DNA of 44,270 nucleotides, taken from assembly GCA_050010515.1 (NCBI GenBank), contig JBEKKX010000018.1:1-44270 (forward strand), in the 5' to 3' direction. The DNA is from Candidatus Bathyarchaeia archaeon. GTDB taxonomy: Archaea; Thermoproteota; Bathyarchaeia; Bathyarchaeales; Bathycorpusculaceae. Shown in pieces: positions 27,087 through 36,493 of this stretch. Position numbers and translations under genes: made by a program. Within the stretch, counting starts at the first letter, position 1. Each line of letters begins with the position of its first letter. The notes below the pieces were generated by a model. The model was not told the DNA's origin. It ran no database searches and worked only from the letters and a program-made list of their open reading frames with translations.

Positions 27087-27206
27087 TTATGAAATCCCTT
27101 CAGCTTTTGCCCGCTTCTTAATCGAAAAGCTTCGATTTAGGAAAGCGGAAACCGCTGAGGCTGCTGAGCCAGTTCTCATCCAGAACAGGGTCGTAAAGCT
27201 CTGCAA
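27087..27206 (-). CDS. possible 39-aa leader ORF (TTG start; MQSFTTLFWMRTGSAASAVSAFLNRSFSIKKRAKAEGIS)
   Basis: AAGGAG RBS 8 nt upstream; first ORF with an RBS after promoter 2. Confidence 0.3.
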   Translation of the reverse strand: MQSFTTLFWMRTGSAASAVSAFLNRSFSIKKRAKAEGIS

Positions 27207-27247
27207 ACTTTTTTCTCCTTAACTTTCATATTCATAACATCTTCAAC

Positions 27248-27276
27248 ATATAAAGCTATTTATGATTTGCACATAA
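27248..27276 (-). promoter_or_regulatory. regulon promoter 2: TTATGTGCAAATCATAA-N5-TTTATAT (kdp operon)
   Basis: read directly. Confidence 0.8.
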
Positions 27277-27620
27277 TTTTTCAGAAAAACTGGACTAATT
27301 TACATGAAAATGTCTAATAATTGAAAACATGAACGTATCCAAAACGTAAAGTCAAGAAAACATGTTGAAACAACATATATTCCGAACTGCACAGGTTCTT
27401 ACGAAAACAGAAATGGAGCCGCCTTCAAATCAATCAAAACAAATTGATTTCATTACTAATTTGCCGTTATCAAATAACTTTGTCAATGAACTTGTAAATG
27501 AGCGATAGGCGCTCCGAGAACGAAAGGGATCAAACTGATGTCCAAACAAATAGCTATTACCCAGCCAAATGTCTAATTTCAGTTCTAATGATTGTACATT
27601 CTTTTTATTTTTCATAAAAG

Positions 27621-27649
27621 TTATGAACGCTTCACAATTACATTTATAT
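27621..27649 (+). promoter_or_regulatory. regulon promoter 3: TTATGAACGCTTCACAA-N5-TTTATAT
   Basis: read directly; drives peptide B. Confidence 0.78.
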
Positions 27650-27701
27650 AGGATGGCATATTACTAAAAAATGTTCAATAAAACAAAAATTGGGTGGAAA
27701 A

Positions 27702-27800
27702 ATGTTTGGATTATTGGATTTATTCTGGACATGTATAATATTGGGGTCAATAGCGACAATTGGCTACCGACTTCGTTCAGAGTTAAAAATTGACAAATAG
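27702..27800 (+). CDS. unannotated 32-aa single-TM peptide B (MFGLLDLFWTCIILGSIATIGYRLRSELKIDK)
   Basis: manual translation; GGGTGG RBS; gap-free paralog of peptide A. Confidence 0.8.
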   Translation: MFGLLDLFWTCIILGSIATIGYRLRSELKIDK

Positions 27801-28008
27801 CGTCATAAGTTTATTTTACTTGTTCACTTCGCCACTATTCCAGTTTCTATCAAATATTTGCTAAAATAGGCTGACAAAAGCAAGCATAAAAACTTTCTTT
27901 CTTCTCTCACAGTTCAATTTTTCTTTTGCTCAAGAAAACAGTCTAATCATGACATTTTGTACATAAATTATGTGTTTTTATGGAAATACTTACAGTTATT
28001 CATAATTA

Positions 28009-28037
28009 TTATGAACAAATCTTAATTAGGTTTATAT
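28009..28037 (+). promoter_or_regulatory. regulon promoter 4: TTATGAACAAATCTTAA-N5-TTTATAT (APC permease)
   Basis: read directly. Confidence 0.8.
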
Positions 28038-28081
28038 TTCGCTAGAATTGCTCTATTGTACTAATAGTTCGGTGTTACTGG

Positions 28082-28207
28082 ATGAAAAAGGGAATGGAAT
28101 CTCCAACTGTAAACAAGTCAAGCGGAAAGCACGACGCGCAATTCGTTAAAAAAGGCAAAAACTATTTTCCGCTTTTTTCAGCTTGCCGCTTAGAGGAGGG
28201 AAAATAG
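28082..28207 (+). CDS. possible 41-aa uORF in frame with the APC permease (TAG directly followed by ATG)
   Basis: GGTG RBS; MKKGMESPTVNKSSGKHDAQFVKKGKNYFPLFSACRLEEGK. Confidence 0.35.
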   Translation: MKKGMESPTVNKSSGKHDAQFVKKGKNYFPLFSACRLEEGK

Positions 28208-29773
28208 ATGTCTACTGACTCAACAGGTGCACAGACGCAAAAGTCACCTCAATTGAAAAAAACTCTCGGCCTCGGCGGCGTTACAATAAACGCCATGGCC
28301 TTAATAGCTCCAGGGGCGTTCTTGTGGCTTACTTTTCAGATAAACGCGGCTCAGACCTCGCCGTCTGGCGCTTCAACGGCATCCGACATATGGTTTGGTC
28401 TTACATTAGCATTAATTTTGGCGTTCCTAACTGCCGCTTCTTATGCGTGGCTAGCACGGCGTTACCCCGATGCTGGTCCTGGCAGTTCATATTACTTTGC
28501 TCAAAGAGCCTTACTAGACAACGGAAGCAGCAACACTTCAGCTAGAAACGCTAAGTTCGGTGTCGGCTGGATTTCTCACCTCTACTACTGGGTCTATCCA
28601 GGGGTCATGGTTGCAGCAATGTCTATCCTGCTCACATGGATTTTATCTGTACTTGGATTCAGCATTTCACCCTTAGGCGAAATCGCTATAGCCTGCTTAT
28701 TTGCAGTCGTCACAGGCGCGATAGCTTACCGTGGAATTCAAGGATCAACGAGAACAAATCTTCTTCTCAACGTAGTTCAAATCGGAATGCTGGTCATCAT
28801 CACCGGAATGGCATTGGCATTCCGTTTTACTAACCCTCAACATGTAACCTTCACGTTCTCTAGCATTGGCGGAATAGTCACTCCTCATGATATTAGCAAC
28901 GTGTTATTTCAAGCGACCATCGCTATCTTAGTACTAGTCGGATTCGAATCCGCAACAGCATACACCGGAGAAGCCAAAGATCCCAAGGTTGTTCCAAAGG
29001 CAATCATTTTATCATTGATTATCCAAGGAGCCTTCGCGTACCTGTTCGAATACTTCGGAGCTGAGGCATGGATGAACTCCAGCTATAGCATAACACAAAA
29101 CGGCAAGGTATTTACAGGATTTAGCGCTGCTGCAGTTTCGAGCGCCCCCATCGGCGATATGGTTCGCACCCTTGGGAACGTATTCCTCGGAGGCAATGGA
29201 TTCACACTAATGTTAATAGTAGCTGCAATTGTGGCCGCTGCAATTTTAGGAACTACCCTTGCATGCATGAACACCGGCGTTAGAGTAACCTACGCAATAA
29301 GCCGAGACACTGAAGTGCCTTATCACCTTAGCAAGCTAAACCCAAAATACTCAACTCCAGCGATTGGAATCTGGGTAATGACAGCTGTTGCAGCTGCTAT
29401 AGGATCTTTCGGAGTACTTTCAATAACAAACCTAACCTCAATTACATTGCTGTCAAACTTTGGCACCTTCATGCTATATGGACTAACAAACATTGTAGCA
29501 CTAATCGCATTCACTAAAGAACGCAGTTCAATACTAAAACGCAAAGTAATTCCAATAGCAGGCTTCGCCGCCAACGCTCTCATGATGGCTACTATCTTGT
29601 ACCTCAGCATAGTTGGCGGAGGGACTTCACGGTTGGAAGGAACCTTTGCCATAGTCGGCACCGCAATATGGTTGATAGCAGGTTTAGTCTATTTCCGTGT
29701 TAACTCAAAATCAAAGCCTTCCGGTTTGTTCCCATTCCCAGGCAAAGAAGTAGATGAGAACAAGACTGAATGA
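28208..29773 (+). CDS. APC-superfamily permease
   Basis: LKKTLG, NAMALIAPGAF (TM1), LVGFES (TM6), GEAKDP; about 12 TM. Confidence 0.9.
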   Translation: MSTDSTGAQTQKSPQLKKTLGLGGVTINAMALIAPGAFLWLTFQINAAQTSPSGASTASDIWFGLTLALILAFLTAASYAWLARRYPDAGPGSSYYFAQRALLDNGSSNTSARNAKFGVGWISHLYYWVYPGVMVAAMSILLTWILSVLGFSISPLGEIAIACLFAVVTGAIAYRGIQGSTRTNLLLNVVQIGMLVIITGMALAFRFTNPQHVTFTFSSIGGIVTPHDISNVLFQATIAILVLVGFESATAYTGEAKDPKVVPKAIILSLIIQGAFAYLFEYFGAEAWMNSSYSITQNGKVFTGFSAAAVSSAPIGDMVRTLGNVFLGGNGFTLMLIVAAIVAAAILGTTLACMNTGVRVTYAISRDTEVPYHLSKLNPKYSTPAIGIWVMTAVAAAIGSFGVLSITNLTSITLLSNFGTFMLYGLTNIVALIAFTKERSSILKRKVIPIAGFAANALMMATILYLSIVGGGTSRLEGTFAIVGTAIWLIAGLVYFRVNSKSKPSGLFPFPGKEVDENKTE

Positions 29774-30284
29774 GTCACTAAGTCCAGAACCATCAAGTTC
29801 TGGAAAAAACATTAGCTCCCTTTCTCCTTTTTTAAGAAAACTCTAAAGAATTTGATAAATATGAAAAAACGCCGATATTTTAGAAAGAACTGTGGATCCT
29901 TGCTTCTTCACACTTGATTCCAGCACAAAAACTTCAGCGGCACTTTTTTTGGCACTCTTACTCATAGCAATGAACCAATCTCTAGCTGCCGCATTTGATT
30001 CTGGCAAGCTGTCGAGCGAAATGTAAAGTTCTGGCGAAATTTTACATCGACATCTTTCTTGCAAAAGCCATTTACACTGCAATAGTGAACACAAATTCTA
30101 GACTTAATGAAGAATGCTTACATTCCTCTCGATATTCTGTACGTCCATTCATTGTTCTCAATGGTTAGATGAAATTGGAGCAAAACCAACCAATCAGGCA
30201 ACAAGAAACGACTTAGAAAGAACGTGAGAAGTTGAAACTGCCCGAGTTTGAAAGTATAAGGGTGTACTTTGTTTCACTATTCAT

Positions 30285-30392
30285 CTACTTTTCCTTCAAA
30301 ATTCTTTTTTGAAAGATACTGTGCGGTTGTCCTCGAGCGTCTATAATAATCAGTTCTTCAATGTCCCGTTTGGTTTTTGAAGCTTTCTTCAA
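30285..30392 (-). CDS. possible 35-aa ORF (MKKASKTKRDIEELIIIDARGQPHSIFQKRILKEK) followed by TAG-ATG and a 23-codon stub
   Basis: GGTGTTACT leader identical to the promoter-4 leader; same TAGATG junction. Confidence 0.4.
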   Translation of the reverse strand: MKKASKTKRDIEELIIIDARGQPHSIFQKRILKEK

Positions 30393-30436
30393 TAGTAACA
30401 CCAATTTTGATTTTACAAATTGATATGTTCAGAGAA

Positions 30437-30465
30437 ATATAAACATAGTTAATACTTGTTCATAA
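30437..30465 (-). promoter_or_regulatory. regulon promoter 5: TTATGAACAAGTATTAA-N5-TTTATAT
   Basis: read directly. Confidence 0.72.
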
Positions 30466-30708
30466 CTTTTATGAAAAGCTGAATTGTTTTGCAATAAAAA
30501 TCTTTAATGATGAACAGACAAGAAACGAAAACTATTCGATCTACTGACAAAACTAATAGCCATCAAGACTTTTTTTCCACATGTCCATAACCAGCGTACA
30601 AAGGCTTGCTGAAAGCTCACGCCGCTTTAAGAGGGAAGACGCTGAGAATTAACAGCGATTAACTCTTAATTTTTTTATTGATTTGTTCGATTTTTAGGAG
30701 ACGAAATA

Positions 30709-31086
30709 TTATTGTACGACTATTATCTTCGTGCTTTCAAAGTTTACGAAGTTCTTGTCCTTTGTTATGAGCGTTTCGTTGTTTGCCTCGGCTATGCCCG
30801 CTATTATGAGATCAAGCTCGTTGACTTTCTTGCCCTTCTCAGTCAGTTTCTTATACGCTTTAACCACTTCGCTTACAGCGCAATCCTGAAAATCATAGAT
30901 AACGAACTTTTCAAGCAACTCTGATACAAAACCGGCATCATGTTCTGTTGCGCCGCGGAGCATTTCGTACTTGCTAATGATTGTAGTAGCAATACGTTCC
31001 TTTCCTGAATATGATTCTATCAGATCTATGGCGGTTTTTTTTCTTCTTGAGGCATCCACAATGATTGAAGTATCGAAAATAACCAT
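30709..31086 (-). CDS. vapC: VapC PIN-domain toxin
   Basis: VIFDTSIIV, YEMLRG, DLIIAGIA, LITKD..F. Confidence 0.92.
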   Translation of the reverse strand: MVIFDTSIIVDASRRKKTAIDLIESYSGKERIATTIISKYEMLRGATEHDAGFVSELLEKFVIYDFQDCAVSEVVKAYKKLTEKGKKVNELDLIIAGIAEANNETLITKDKNFVNFESTKIIVVQ

Positions 31087-31094
31087 CAGATCAC

Positions 31095-31343
31095 TTACTT
31101 TGAGTTTTTAAGTTTTCTTGCAATTGCAGTCTTTCTGCTCTTTTCCAACGTATCGGTTATATTTTTCTCGCTTTCCTCGCTTAAAGGTTCTTTTTTCTCC
31201 AAGAACGCCAGTATGGTTTTTGCGTCGCCTCTGCTCTGGCACTGTGAAATGAGAGTTTTAATGAGCTCGGTAAAAGACATTCCATCCTTTATTCGTGATA
31301 GTTCAGAATAGACTTCGTCAGATATGGATATCACTCGGACCAA
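31095..31343 (-). CDS. vapB: VapB-type antitoxin
   Basis: VRVISISDEVYSELSRIKDGMSFTELI RHH-like N-terminus; TTG start after GGTGA; directly upstream of vapC. Confidence 0.85.
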   Translation of the reverse strand: MVRVISISDEVYSELSRIKDGMSFTELIKTLISQCQSRGDAKTILAFLEKKEPLSEESEKNITDTLEKSRKTAIARKLKNSK

Positions 31344-31607
31344 TAAAGTCACCGCAATGAATGTATGCATACATGTATATAAATATAATTTTAGTTTTTT
31401 AGGCAGAACCTTAATCCTGTTTCTAACTAAAACGCTGTCTACACAGACAAAGAACGGTTTATCCAGGCTGGCCATATCTTTTTCATAACCTTCTTTTGCA
31501 AGGATTAAATGGCCGCCTCTTTGCCTTACTAGAAAGTAATTTGCCAAGCAAAACACCACCACTTACACCTGAATGGCTAGTAAAATCATGATCAAAACAA
31601 TAGATGG

Positions 31608-32522
31608 CTAAACGGTGCCTATGATTAACCCTATTGTGAAGCTTAGCAGTGGCACGATTACCCAGCTTAACGCTATCAGCAGGAACGGCTTGACCGAGAC
31701 AAACTTGGATTTGTAAGATATGCCTGTTCCAAAAACTGCCGACGCCAAGGCTTGCGTGTTGGAAAGTGGAATATTCAAAATCGTAGCCGCCTCCACGAGA
31801 ACCGTTGAAACCACAAGTGTCGCCGTCGCGTTTGGGTACCGCATGAGAAAAAGCTCTTGAGCAACCCTGCGAATCTCGCCGGCACTCAAATAGAACGTTC
31901 CGATAAATATTGCAACAATTGCTGCTATGACGGTTGTTATATTGAAACCGCCTGTGGCAACTATCAACCCAAGGGTATTTGCTCCCAGAACATATGAAGT
32001 AGAAAACGCTAAAACAATAAGCAAGATTTTGTAGGTTTGCAGTCTGTGCCAAATGTTTTCAGGCCAGCCGCGATTTATGATTCTGATGAGGTAAAAAGCA
32101 AAAACTATAGCAATTAGGGGTGCCGCAACCCACATGGCAGCTACCTCAGCTATGTAAGCCATGTTTGTAAGTGTACCAGTTGCAAGGGATAAGCCTGCGA
32201 GCAAACCGACAAGCAACATGCTCATAGATGCTGGCACTCTAATTAAGTCGGCAATAACAAAAATTAAAATCGCCACCAGCAAAGCTTCAGCTCGAAACTG
32301 TAAAGCCGCATTCGGCAGCAGCACATTTACTGTTTTTGTCATTCCTATGCCTTGGGCGACAAGTCCAAGCGAAAACCCTGCAGCGCCAAGTATTATGGCA
32401 AATCGTTTGCTTATGATTCTTGAGCCTACGGCGGGGCCAACACATGCGGACAGGTTGTTGCCTGAAACTAACATTACCGTGATGAAAGTTAATACAAGAA
32501 TAACGATTGAAAGCCACAGCAT
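31608..32522 (-). CDS. PiT-family inorganic phosphate transporter
   Basis: SGNN...GPAVGS, GAN, PLSNTQ. Confidence 0.85.
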   Translation of the reverse strand: MLWLSIVILVLTFITVMLVSGNNLSACVGPAVGSRIISKRFAIILGAAGFSLGLVAQGIGMTKTVNVLLPNAALQFRAEALLVAILIFVIADLIRVPASMSMLLVGLLAGLSLATGTLTNMAYIAEVAAMWVAAPLIAIVFAFYLIRIINRGWPENIWHRLQTYKILLIVLAFSTSYVLGANTLGLIVATGGFNITTVIAAIVAIFIGTFYLSAGEIRRVAQELFLMRYPNATATLVVSTVLVEAATILNIPLSNTQALASAVFGTGISYKSKFVSVKPFLLIALSWVIVPLLSFTIGLIIGTV

Positions 32523-32528
32523 TCAGAG

Positions 32529-33209
32529 TCACTTAAGGATGGATGTAACCACAGAGACAATCAGGTCTGAGAGATCCTCGCAGGAATCAAGTACGTCGTC
32601 GCATTTGTGCAAAAGTTCAGAATAATGAAAGAACTGTAAGTAATGCAGGTTCGGCGTCATGTTATATAGCCTGTCAAATCCATCGTCCTTTAATTCATCG
32701 CCATGCTCTTCTAAAGCTTCAATTTCTTGGCGCAACCTCAAAATCTCCGTAACGTTAGATGAGGAGAGCGCCTGTTTTAGCTTTAAGTGGGATGTTGCCG
32801 CGAGTGCAAGAAGGTTCACATATACAGAGTCCCAACCAAGACGTTTCATTTCGAAACCCGCAGAGTAAACCTTGGACATTCGATCCAATTCCCTGCTGAG
32901 GTAATAATACAGGTCAACTATGTCGTCAGCAACTTGGACGGATTTAAGCAGGTCATCTATTATGTTGGGGCTGATGGCGCCGCTTGTAATGTCTTCGCTT
33001 ATTTTGAAGGCTATATCATCAGATTTTTTCTCAAGCGACTGCATGGCATGCATTGCTTCAGTTACCTGTTTTTCTTTGACATCTACATTGAACATGCTTG
33101 ACACAAGAGTGTTGGCTTCTGTGGCGATGGCGATGATTTGTGTAAGCTCGATGAAAATGTTTTTTTCTCCAACAACCAAGATACCCCTGAGACTTTTCAA
33201 CTCAAACAC
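32529..33209 (-). CDS. DUF47/PhoU-like phosphate transport regulator
   Basis: LEKKSDDI...DDIVD...LEEHGDEL...D..LDSCED; upstream of PiT. Confidence 0.85.
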   Translation of the reverse strand: MFELKSLRGILVVGEKNIFIELTQIIAIATEANTLVSSMFNVDVKEKQVTEAMHAMQSLEKKSDDIAFKISEDITSGAISPNIIDDLLKSVQVADDIVDLYYYLSRELDRMSKVYSAGFEMKRLGWDSVYVNLLALAATSHLKLKQALSSSNVTEILRLRQEIEALEEHGDELKDDGFDRLYNMTPNLHYLQFFHYSELLHKCDDVLDSCEDLSDLIVSVVTSILK

Positions 33210-33352
33210 CCTCCCACAATTTCAAGTGCAGTAATACTTGCTCAGCAATATTAAGTATTTACAATTTTCTGCAAGTTTGTTTGCAGCAACGAGGCTAACG
33301 ATGAAGCTCACAAACAGTATGAACTTTGAACAATTCAGGAAGCGGGGTTCAA

Positions 33353-33850
33353 TCAAATAACTTTGCTGTATTCCTTTACAGCGTTTAAAGCAATCAGCGT
33401 AGTGGTTCTCTTTATGAAGCGCTCAGTTAGCAGTTTTTTCAAATAACCATTAAGGCTTGCGTTGTCTCGGAACTTGGCGAAGACGATTGCATCATACTCT
33501 CCAGTTATGTCATAAACGGATAGAACGTTGTTTTCTTTGGCAATTTCGTTTTCGACTTCGACAATATGTCCGCCTTCAACCTGAACCATGATGATTGCGG
33601 TCAAGGCATAACCCATCTTGGCTGCATCAACAATGGGCACGTATCCAAGAATTATGCCTTCACGCTCTAGACCGTCAAGGCGATTATGCAGAATGCTTGG
33701 GGTTATCCCAACCCTGTGAGCTAGCTTACGCAAACTTACGCGTGAATCTTCTTCCAGTGCTCGTATGATTTGCAGATCAATGGCGTCCAATTTTTTCGTT
33801 GGGCTTTTACTAGGGTTTAAGCCCAAACTTCTCACACCCTGATGGTTCAC
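33353..33850 (-). CDS. Lrp/AsnC transcriptional regulator (full length)
   Basis: LDAIDLQIIRALEEDSRVSLRKLA HTH; YDITGEYD. Confidence 0.93.
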   Translation of the reverse strand: MNHQGVRSLGLNPSKSPTKKLDAIDLQIIRALEEDSRVSLRKLAHRVGITPSILHNRLDGLEREGIILGYVPIVDAAKMGYALTAIIMVQVEGGHIVEVENEIAKENNVLSVYDITGEYDAIVFAKFRDNASLNGYLKKLLTERFIKRTTTLIALNAVKEYSKVI

Positions 33851-34151
33851 TTGACGTTTGTTTAGTAAAACAAGGTATATATAAACATAACCGCATAAAA
33901 ATTAAACCGTTGTAAACAATGGTAAGACTCAAAACCACTTAAATAGACAATCGATACATGAACGATTCACAAATGTACATTGATTGTGAAAGGCGAAAAG
34001 GGCATATTGCCAGATAGGACAGCAATCTATTGGACGAATCCTTCATTAGCAAAGATTACATAACGCTGTAACGTTTATTTGGATGTACCAATAATCTAAT
34101 CCTAGTGCTAAGTAGCTGATATATTCATATTAGAAAAATAACCTGTTTGAC

Positions 34152-35657
34152 ATGGATGATTTCCAAATGGCAAATAATTGTGTGGACGTACTCTTAACAG
34201 CTGACAGAACACTAATGAGCAATTACCATGGCAATGAATTCCTGGGCTTTGGTACGTGCGCTCCTTCCAACTTCATCCCTGATGTCTTGTACAGTTACCT
34301 GTTTTTTCCACCGATAGGGACAAGCAATGGGTTGCCAAATGCTGCGCCTTATGGCTTAAGAAAAATCGAAGCTCAACTGCTAAAAGAAGGCTTCAACGTT
34401 TTAACAGTCAGCCCACAGCACCTTCGGAAATACCTTAAAACCGCCAAAGTTATTGGCATTCACACCATGGATCCCTTTGGTTTCGGTCCTGCATCAACGA
34501 CCTTGGCATCTGTTTTTCATAAAGAGCCTTTCTTAGCAAGGCACTTCCATGCGTTAGTCACTAGCCCAGTTATCAGAGAAGCAAAAAGAAATGGAGCAAA
34601 AATCATAGTCGGTGGTCCTGGCGCATGGCAGTTCCGCTACAGACCCCAGCTTGTTGAAAGAAAAGCAATAGATTGCGTAGTAGAGGGCGAAGCTGAAAAC
34701 GTTATCGGAAAACTTTTCAAAGCCGCCATAAATGGAGAGCAACTGCCCCCTCATTGTGAAGTCTCAGCAAAAGACGCACCTCGGCTGGAAGATATACCGG
34801 ACATTGTACAGCCGTCAGTTAATGGCCTAATTGAACTCGGAAGGGGCTGCTGCAGAGGATGCGAATTCTGCAACGTTACATTAAGACCCCTACGCTGGTA
34901 CCCTCTTGATAAAATCGTGCGGGAATTAACAGTCAACGTTGAGGTCGGTAAACAGCGTGTTATCTGCTTGCATGCTGAAGACGTCATGCTGTATGGTTCC
35001 CCGAATACAGTGCCCAATGACGAGAAGCTGCTAAAGCTTCACGAAGTGGTCATGAACAAGGTCCAAACCATAAGTTGGAGCCACTGTTCCTTAGCTGCTG
35101 TAGCTTCAAAACCAAAGCTCGTCTCCAAACTCTCAGAAATCATACTTCAAAAGCAAGCATGGTGGGGAGCAGAAATCGGCATCGAAACAGGCTCAGCTGA
35201 ACTTGCCAAAAAAATCATGCCAGCTAAAGCGCTTCCGTTTAAGCCCGAAGAATGGCCCATGGTTGTTCGGCAAGGCTTGGGAATAATGCATGATCACAAG
35301 TTGATTCCAGCCGGAACTCTAATCGTTGGGCTTCCTGAAGAAACTGAGGACGATATCATAAAAACGATAGAGCTTATAGACGACGTTAAAGATTGCCGAA
35401 GCCTCATTGTGCCATTATTCTTCGTTCCTCTGGGTAGATTGAAAAACAAAGACTGGTTCACACAAACAGAAATGAATGAACTCCACAAGCAACTAATGTT
35501 CAAGTGCGCGGAACACAGCCTTCGTTGGGTTGATAATCTTTTAGACATGTCCTTTATGGATAAGGGATATCGGGTTGCCTTGAAAGAATTTTACAAAGTC
35601 TTCGCAGGACTGGCAAAACGGCAATTAAGACAAGCTGAAATTACAGAGCTACATTGA
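34152..35657 (+). CDS. B12-binding-domain radical SAM protein
   Basis: LTADRTLMS, APYGLRKIEA, GGPGAWQ, RGCCRGCEFC. Confidence 0.9.
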   Translation: MDDFQMANNCVDVLLTADRTLMSNYHGNEFLGFGTCAPSNFIPDVLYSYLFFPPIGTSNGLPNAAPYGLRKIEAQLLKEGFNVLTVSPQHLRKYLKTAKVIGIHTMDPFGFGPASTTLASVFHKEPFLARHFHALVTSPVIREAKRNGAKIIVGGPGAWQFRYRPQLVERKAIDCVVEGEAENVIGKLFKAAINGEQLPPHCEVSAKDAPRLEDIPDIVQPSVNGLIELGRGCCRGCEFCNVTLRPLRWYPLDKIVRELTVNVEVGKQRVICLHAEDVMLYGSPNTVPNDEKLLKLHEVVMNKVQTISWSHCSLAAVASKPKLVSKLSEIILQKQAWWGAEIGIETGSAELAKKIMPAKALPFKPEEWPMVVRQGLGIMHDHKLIPAGTLIVGLPEETEDDIIKTIELIDDVKDCRSLIVPLFFVPLGRLKNKDWFTQTEMNELHKQLMFKCAEHSLRWVDNLLDMSFMDKGYRVALKEFYKVFAGLAKRQLRQAEITELH

Positions 35658-35764
35658 AAAAAAATAGTTTACTTGCTAACTTCCACGCTATTTTTATCTT
35701 CCTTCGTTTTATTATAATATCCTTATAACTTTCATTTGGATTCAGTGAATGTGAGATAGAGAAA

Positions 35765-36493
35765 TTGCCAAAAAATTCAAGCGCAAAAAAAGATTGCAAG
35801 ATAACAGTTAGCAAGGACGGTCCATATCTGGTTTCTGGTGGCATCCCTTTGTTTACCACGACAATAACATGTGACGCACAGGGGATCCCAGCCAAATGGG
35901 TCATAGGAAAAAACTTGAAAACCGCGGAAAATTACGCCTTGTGCCGGTGCGGTCAATCCAATAACAAGCCATTTTGCGATAGCACTCATTTGAAAGTGAA
36001 TTTTGACGGAACAGAAACAAGCACAAATGAACTTTTCGATAATGTAGCAAAAATAATTGATGGTCCTGAGTTAAAGTTAAAGGATGCTGAGATACTTTGC
36101 GCTTCGGCGCGTTTCTGCCACCGAGGCGGCGACATCTGGGATGTAATTCACAAATCAGATGATCCGAAAGCCAAGAAAAACGTGATAGAAAATGCTTGCG
36201 ATTGTCCCTCAGGCAGGCTGGTGGTTTTAGATAAGGAAACTGGCATGACGATTGAGCCTGTTTTAGCCAAGTCGATTGGTATAATTGAGGACCCAAGCAT
36301 AGGCGTCGGCGGACCATTTTGGGTTCGCGGTGGAATTCCAATCTACTCTGCGGATGGCAAACTCTATGAAGTGCGAAATCGCGTGACTCTTTGCCGATGC
36401 GGAAAATCCTCAAATAAACCGTTTTGCGACAGCAGTCACTATCCAGAAGAGGACAGAGAGCCAGAGCGGGAGAGAGAGGTGAAAGAGAAATGA
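35765..36493 (+). CDS. tandem CDGSH iron-sulfur protein with a central divergent 4Fe-4S domain
   Basis: two LCRCG.S.NKPFCDS.H motifs; central C..ARFC...CPSG. Confidence 0.92.
   Translation: MPKNSSAKKDCKITVSKDGPYLVSGGIPLFTTTITCDAQGIPAKWVIGKNLKTAENYALCRCGQSNNKPFCDSTHLKVNFDGTETSTNELFDNVAKIIDGPELKLKDAEILCASARFCHRGGDIWDVIHKSDDPKAKKNVIENACDCPSGRLVVLDKETGMTIEPVLAKSIGIIEDPSIGVGGPFWVRGGIPIYSADGKLYEVRNRVTLCRCGKSSNKPFCDSSHYPEEDREPEREREVKEK

Noticed and set aside
26945-27247. c-di-AMP (ydaO) riboswitch in the kdp leader
   Set aside because: The conserved ydaO sequence blocks are not recognisable.
28205-28210. Pyrrolysine read-through at TAG-ATG
   Set aside because: The downstream ATG has its own strong RBS and no pyl genes are in the window; coupling is the simpler explanation.
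31344-31562. N-terminal extension of the 155-aa antitoxin ORF
   Set aside because: The extension spans the AT-rich promoter; the family-like sequence and RBS start at TTG 31343.
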